Translations under genes and position numbers: made by a program
The notes under the pieces: model-generated
Databases searched by the model: none
What the model was told of the DNA's origin: nothing
What the model saw: only the letters and a program-made list of their open reading frames with translations
Assembly: GCA_004022145.1 (NCBI GenBank)
Contig: RCNU01000008.1
DNA: 31,584 bases
Reading direction: 5' to 3' (one strand)
DNA from: Paecilomyces variotii
Taxonomy: Eukaryota
Shown: positions 24,516 through 31,584 of the stretch, in pieces
How the letters are laid out: every line of letters starts with the position of its first letter
How positions within the stretch are numbered: position 1 is the stretch's first letter

Positions 24516-27500
24516 TTATATAATTAATATAAGGTTAGCTTATTTAAGGATTAATAATAATATCTATATAGTAAAACTCTTTAAAATTTATAATATATAT
24601 ATATATATACAATAGCTAATATAAAGCTAAGAAATACTATTATTTTATCTCTAAATACTTAAAAATAGCTAAGAATTAAATAACTATAATTAATAGCTAA
24701 ATTAATAATATTTTTAATTAATAGCTATATAATATTCTTATTTAAATATATTTAATATAACTTCTATAGAGGCTAAGTAAATACTAAATATATATTTAAT
24801 ATTAATTATATTTAGACTAAATACTAACTTCTTATAAAGTAAACTTATATAAAACTATAACCTTTATAAAGTATATTTAAACTAGTTTAAAGATATAATA
24901 AGCAATTAAAGTAGTATTAATTCCTATATATAAAATAAAGATAAAGAATTTAAGATATATTTTAAATTCTCTTTTTATATAAGACTTAATTAAGTATATT
25001 CTTTTTATATAAGTTTTAATAAAATATATACTAAATATATTTAAAAGGCTATTTTTTTTATAAATATTATTATTAGCTATAGTAATATCTCTAAGATTAT
25101 AATTAATAATATTTAAGATATATTATTTATTCTTAAATATTTAATAACTTATTTTAATAATATCTTATATTTTATTTACTAAAAAAAATTTTTACCTTAT
25201 AATTATTTTAATATAAATATTTATTAAATATTTTAATAATTTTTATTAAAAATATATTTATACTTTATCTTAAGCAGATATTTAAGATATTATAAGCATA
25301 TGCTAAATATAGCTTAAATTTAATTTAAGCTTTATATTTAAAGTAATTATAAGACTTTATCTCTTCTATTTTTTTTAAAAGAATAAAAAAAATAAAATTT
25401 AAAATAAAGTATATTATTAAGTATATAAATATAGTAGTATTAAATATTATAAATATATATTAGAATATATGCTTAAATAACGCTATAAATATAACTATAT
25501 TAAACTAAATATTTTTAAAATGCTTTATAAAGAAATAAGCTATATATCTAATACTACTTCTGCTAATAAATTTTTTAAAAAAAAATTAAAAATTAATATA
25601 ATAGATTTCTTTATTTTTAAAATTAATAATTAGTAAGGTATTATTTTTATTTAAAAAGTAAAATATAAGTATACTTAAATTAAACTTTAGTAATCTTTAA
25701 ATAATATAAAGTAAGTTTAACTCTCTATTTAATCTTAGCATATATTAAATATATTTTTAGCTACTAATTATCTTTATTAATTGCTTATTAGTAAATAATT
25801 TTAAATTATAGTATATTATATAAGCTATCTCTATATATATAGCTTAAATTTATATACTTTAATAGCTTATAAAATATATAATACTAATATTTCTATTTAA
25901 TCTACTTATACTTATATTAATTATATTATTTTAAGGCATATAATTTATAGTAAGTATTTATTCTATATATATTAAGTATATACTAACTATAGGTCTAGGA
26001 TTTAATTACTCTTAAAGTATATTTAAAGTCTTATATAAAAAATATAATACTTTAATTAATATTTTTATTTTTTATAATTAGAATTATTTTCCTTTTATTC
26101 TTTTTATTTATTAAAAAGATTATATATATTTTCCTCTATTACTAACTAAGTTAAGTTAAGATTTTACTTAAGAACTTATAGATTTAATTAATTAAGGAAA
26201 TATTCTTACTATAACTGCGCATATATTATATATATTTTAAGCTTATGCTTTATATATATATAAAGAGCTAGGGTAAGAAAGCTCTTTAATCGGGGGTAAT
26301 TAGCGAACTAGTCGAATAGAATATAAGATAAGAGATTAAGATATAGGTAAGTAATAATCTATATATAATAAGGTTAAAGGTTTAATTTAGTTATAATTAG
26401 AATAAATTATTAATCTATTTAACTTCTATTTCTTTAGAGGGTTATCTATTAGTTTATTTAGTTTACTAGATTATTTAAATAACTTAGTCTTAATAGCTTT
26501 ATTCTATAACTAGCTAATTTAACTATTATATATAAATCTAGTTATCTTATTATTTTATATTCTTTATCCTAGGTCTTAGTAAATCTATAATATTAGTATT
26601 ATAGCCTTAGTTTATAATAATATTTTCTCTCTTTAAAAGGCTTATTCTAAGCTATATAAAGTTTATTATATAGATTTAAATATTTAAGTATAGCTATAGT
26701 AATAGTAATAAGCTACTATTAAAATATGTTTATTATATAAATTTATCTAATATTAGCTTTATTTTAATATTTTTACCTAGGAGATTAAAAGTATTTTTCT
26801 TTTTTATTAACTAACTCTTATCCTTTTACCTATATATTAAGCTATTCTTTTCTTATTTCTATAGCTCGTTTAGTGCTATTTTTAATAATTTAAATATAGA
26901 AAATATTAATAGTTATATAGGTATATTAAAATTAAAATTTTTAAGTTATTTTCTCTATAAGTCTTGCGCGTGCGCTTAATATAAATTATAGCCCTTTAAG
27001 TTTATATAATAATGCTAATTAATATAATAATATCTCTTAAGCGCTTTAAGCGCATTTTATTTCTTTTAGGCTTTTTTAATAAAACCTCTATGCCTGCCTT
27101 TATAATAGCTAAAAGCTAGCTTTTCTATAGCTAGTTTAATAAGAATAAAGAGTAACTTAAGCTAATTTTTTTTCTTAAATCTTTAACTACTACTATAATA
27201 TTAAAATAAATAACTTTTTTTTTTATAAATAATATTATTTACTGCTATTAATAATAGTAGTAAAATATCTTTACTAAAATAGTTTATAAAGGACTTCTTA
27301 ATAAAAAATACCTTTTACTTAAAATATACTAAGATTAATTTATATCTTATAATATAATTTCTTCTATATATAAAAAGATACTAATTAGTTTATTATATTC
27401 TCTTTAAAAATTAAAATATAGTTATAATAATACCGCTTTTATTATATCTGCAGCAGAGAAAATTTTTATTTAACTAATTAAAAAACTATAAAAGAGATTA

Positions 27501-28059
27501 AAGATAAAAGAGATCTTTAATATAAAGATTTAAAGAACCTAGAATATTATTATAATTTTTATTCCTAGAGTTAAAGTTACTATTAAAATACTTTCTCCTT
27601 AGATTAATTTAGCTTTTACTAAAATAGTAATATTAACTATTATTATTAATATTAATATAATAAAAAGTTATTTTACTACCTTTAAAGTAAATTTTATTAT
27701 AAATCTTTTTAGCCTAAAAGATTTAATTAAAGATTTTCTTCTTATTTTACAGGAGATATATCTTTATTATTTAAAGGCTTTAGTATAAGATTTAAAGCAA
27801 TAGTATATTTATTCTTATATTAATATAAAATATCTCTATTATAAGGGCCTTTATAAGCTATATATCTTTATACTACTAGCGTATAAGGCTAAGTTAATTT
27901 ATATTTAAAGTCTTAGCCGAGAGGCTTATCTCTTAAATAATTTAAAGTCTTTTAATAAGGCTATAAATATATATATTTCCTTTATAGAGGTATATATATA
28001 AAAATCTATATTTAAGACTATTAAATACTAGCTTAATACTATTATTATTTTATTAACCT

Positions 28060-28331
28060 TATTATACTTTAAATTAAAGTTATTATATTTTCTCTAGAAG
28101 TTATATTAAATATTTTATTTATTAAACTGTAACTTCTTATATATAGGCAATATATTTACTTAGTTATAGGGACTGCCTCTATTCTTTAATAAGGAGAAGA
28201 AAGAGATTATTAAAAGGTTTTATAGTAGTAAAGTAATTAAATAAAAGAATTTTATAAGCCTATATTTAAAGCCTTAGCTAAAGCTAGCTTAATTAAATTA
28301 AATTATTTTTATTAGAATTCCTTTCTTCTAT
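28060..28331 (-). mobile_element. Candidate polypurine tract and 3' LTR relic of the Gypsy element
   Basis: Minus-strand purine run TAGAAGAAAGGAA (~28331-28318) downstream of the chromodomain, followed by TA (RIP-converted TG?) at ~28314 and a TATATATAAG box at ~28145-28136. The far LTR boundary is a guess. Confidence 0.35.
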
Positions 28332-28559
28332 AGTCTATATTCTCTTTAAAACTTCTAAATTTAATAGGAAAATTAGAGAAAGAGTAATATATATAATAAT
28401 ATATTTAATAATAATTAAAAAACCTAGTAAGAGAAAAAATATTATTATCTATTTATTTTACTTTATTTTTTATTTCTTAGCTCTTTTTTATATTACCTTT
28501 ACTTAAATAGCTTATTTATATTAAGAGCCTTACTAAAATTCTTACTATAATACTTCTTT

Positions 28560-30557
28560 AAAGCTTTAATTATATATATAAGATTTTTTAATAGCTACTA
28601 TAAGTTCTTATATAAAGAATATTTTTTTTATTTTATTAGAAACTATATCTTCCTATAAAAGGTTTATTTATTAAAGATTTTTTTTACCTTCTATTCTTAT
28701 TCTTTATTAATAAGAACTAGATTTAGCTATTTAAGTTCTATCTCTTCTTATTAATTATAGGGCTTTAGTAAAAATATATAGAATACTAAATATATCTTGC
28801 TTAAGCTCTTTAATAGTTATAATTAATATACTTACTTTTTAATTATCTTAATTACTTTATAAGATCTAGAAAATTAATAATTTAACTTCTTATTAAGTTA
28901 ATTAGTTTATAGATTTTTTATTAATAAAAGAACTTAATTTTTTATCTTATATAATTTAAGTATATACTTCTTATTATAATATTTTACTTATACCTTAATA
29001 GTGCGTTATAAGTGCTTTTTTAACTTTACTTTAATATTTACTAATTCTTTAAGTTATTCCTTAATAATAGGGATATTTAACTTTATTTTTATATTATATT
29101 TATCTTAGCTGTTAAAATTAAAGCTATAAAGGGCTTTAAATAATAAGTATTTAGTAGTAGAATACTTTATATTATTATAGGTATACTCTACTATATTTAA
29201 TAATAACGCCTAGTTATTTTAATAATAATTTATATATACCCTTAAGTAATACTCTAAGGTCTAATTTTAATACTTTATTTACCTATTTATCTATAAATAA
29301 AAAATAGTGCTTATTAATTAGGTAATTTATATATATTAATAAAACTTAGTCTAGTATTTATTAATAAATATTAATCTTTAATTAAAGATAATTAATATTA
29401 GGAGATTAAATTAATAATATATTCTTTCTATAATTAGGTTAGCTAAGTCTTTTACTATAATTATTTCTTAAGTTAAAATATATAAAGCTATTTTAAAGTA
29501 TTAATCTATAATTACTAGAATTATATTATATTTAACTTTTTATTAAGTTAATAGTAGTAAGCTAATAATAAAGTTTATTAATATATTTTATTAAAGTCTT
29601 TCTATTATAAGTAATAAGCTTAACTGCTTATATAGCTTATATTTAAGAATTTAATTCTTTTTATAGATATTATAGGTCTTTATATATTCTTATATATTAT
29701 TTTATATATTTAGCTAGTAAAACTTTTATTTAAGTAACTTTTTTATAGTTTTAACTTTTTAATAGCTAGTATATAAATTATTATAATAAATTTATAGTAA
29801 TTCTAGCTTTAGTAAATATTTATCTAAGATATAAATTTAATCTTATCTCTATAGTAAACCCTTATTATTTATAATTTATTTAAAGTTTTTAAATTAATTA
29901 GTCTTTAAACTATTAATCTTTTTTAATATAAAGGTATTTTTCTATTAAAGCTACTTAAGTAACTTTAAAAGATTAAGCTTTAAAAGATCTTAGATTATCT
30001 TCTTATTAGTAACCTTTAATACTAATAGTTTAAGCAATAAGTATTTATAACTATTTATACTCTTTTTTTAATTTAAAATATATAATTTTAATTTTTTTAT
30101 AAGATAAGTAATAGTTTAATCTTTTACTTTTTTTTAAGAATTTATAATCTAATCTTTAAAATAGTATATTTACTATATTTAAATAATTTAGCTTATACTT
30201 AATATAAAAGTTATAGCCTGCTAGTAGCTTTACTTATTTTATTTATTTATTATTTAAAATTTTTATTATAAAGAAATAATATAAGTTTATATAATTAGTC
30301 TATACTTAAGTAAGGTATTTATTACTATTTAAATAGTATTTCTAATATTTAAAAGCTTTAACTATTACTAATAATTCTTAGTTATATATTTTATATTAAT
30401 ATTCGATTTTAGTAAATTTTTTTAAAAAATATATAACTAGGTATTATTACTCTATTATCTTACTTATAAGCTATAATAAAATAGTAATTAAAGTAAATTT
30501 TAAAGTATTTATAGCTATTATAATTAGTTTCTTTAAATTATAATACTAGAGTAAGAG
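28560..30557 (-). mobile_element. RIP-inactivated Ty3/Gypsy chromovirus pol relic (RNase H - integrase - chromodomain)
   Basis: Minus-strand codons back-mutated mainly by transitions give RNase H TDAS (30512-30501), ELLAIVEAFKHWRHYL (30377-30330) and ADALSRRPDY (ending ~30144); integrase C-X2-C (29677-29663), ISMDFITGLP (29584-29555) and [26 protein letters not shown]...YNN...PFEALYGFN (29311-29117); a GPY/HPVFHVSLLEPY region (~28880-28755); and chromodomain EWEVEEI.DKR...FLVKWKGY...ENSWQP.ENL (~28696-28570). RH-before-INT order is diagnostic of Ty3/Gypsy. Many in-frame stops and a few frameshifts. Confidence 0.9.
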
Positions 30558-30732
30558 ATAAGCTAAGTTTAAGCTTAACTTAGCTTAGCTTAGCTTACTA
30601 AGACTATTAAGTTAAGCTAAGAGTCTTAGCTTAGCTTATTAGGTTAAGCTAAGAGTCTTAGCTTAGCTTATTAAGTTAAGTTAAAAGTCTTAGCTTAGTT
30701 TAACTTATAAACTTTTAAGTTTAGCTTAAACC
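30558..30732. repeat. Palindromic tandem repeat array (3 x 32 bp plus CTTAG/GCTTA pentamer runs), probable subterminal repeats of a RIPped DNA transposon
   Basis: Units 30607-30638, 30639-30670 and 30671-30702 (ttaRgttaagYtaaRagtcttagcttagYtta) differ only by transitions. Units 1 and 2 contain the perfect hairpin TAAGCTAAG-agt-CTTAGCTTA. Confidence 0.8.
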
Positions 30733-31584
30733 TTATATATATTACTAGTATATATTATAATATATAATAAATTACAGATAAATTATTATATAATTTAGAT
30801 TTTATAAAGAGTAAAAATATTTTTAATTAAAAGCTAAAAGAACTACTCTAGTTATAAAATTTAAGTCTTATCTTTTAATCTTAAATTAGAAGCTATATTA
30901 ATACTTTAACTATATTATTTTAATAAATCTTTCTCTTAATCTCTTATATTATATAAGATATTATTATTTCTAATTTTTAGCATATTAATTAAAATAAAAA
31001 CTATATTATTACCTTTAATAATATACTTTAAAAACTGCTTAATATATAGTAGATACTCTTCTTTTATTAAAAAGATTATCTTATTAAAATTTCTTACTTA
31101 AATATTAAAGTCTAACTTTTTATTATTAGAGTTAAATTATATATTAGTAATTTTATAGTTTAGCTTAATAACTAAATTTAAGATAAGTTTATTAAGATTT
31201 AGCGTAAGCTGCTAAATATTAAATAAGTTCTTAAAGAAATAGTTATATATCTTAATAATATAGTTTTAACTAAGATAGTAAATATATTTAATTGCCTATT
31301 AAATAAAATAGTTAGATATTAAAATATTAAATAAATATATATTCTAGTAAAGGAACTAGAGGTTAAATCCTACTATATTTATATAATATAAGTAGATTAA
31401 TATTATATAAAAGTCTCTCTGCAAGTAGAAAGTCTATAATAAAGTTTCTCTCTTAAAATAATTAAGTTTAGCATAGAAAATATATATATTAATATTATAT
31501 AAATATAATATAGCCTTAATAAAAAACTGCTATATAAGATTAATATACTATATTATAGACTTCTCTCTATATAATAAGAGCTAG

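Larger units (their letters stand above)
23500..31584. repeat. RIP-mutated AT-rich block of nested, dead transposon relics (runs off the window end)
   Basis: Abrupt switch to extreme A+T, no ORF starting in it in the supplied track, TpA everywhere, CpA/TpG and CpG almost absent, with a recognisable retroelement relic inside. Confidence 0.93.

Noticed and set aside
24592..24609. (TA)n run
   Set aside because: An expected by-product of RIP and extreme AT content, so not informative.
30607..30702. Palindromic ~32-bp direct repeats resembling a CRISPR array
   Set aside because: Units are head-to-tail with no unique spacers, there are no cas genes, and the context is eukaryotic RIPped DNA.
23500..31584. 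AT-rich block as a mitochondrial insertion or contaminant
   Set aside because: No mitochondrial genes, rRNA or tRNA recognised. The dinucleotide pattern and Gypsy relic indicate RIPped nuclear repeats.

Overview
Filamentous ascomycete (Eurotiomycetes-like, inferred from protein sequences and short GT-AG introns with CTRAY branch sites) genomic DNA in two sharply different parts. Bases 1-~23500 are gene-dense euchromatin with eight intron-containing genes whose exons I joined by hand, each giving an intact frame: ATR/Mec1/Rad3 (uvsB) checkpoint kinase (+, 26 exons), RNPS1-like RRM/RS splicing factor (-), AFG2/Drg1 AAA ATPase (-), an unassigned protein (+), Sec4/Rab8 GTPase (-), NCA2 (-), FCF1 (+) and ERG25 sterol C-4 methyl oxidase (-). 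Bases ~23500-31584 are an extremely AT-rich, ORF-free block with the signature of repeat-induced point mutation (RIP). Reversing the C>T/G>A transitions by eye reveals a Ty3/Gypsy chromovirus pol relic (RNase H, integrase, chromodomain) on the minus strand, cut off by a palindromic 32-bp tandem repeat array. Most notable: an ERG25 start codon split by an intron (AT^G), an apparently degenerate D1 ATPase module in AFG2 (Walker B DE->DQ), and a mutational context in which surviving CpA/CpG are mostly GpC-preceded. I found no evidence for a wholly new biological system. All calls come from reading the sequence, with no database searches.
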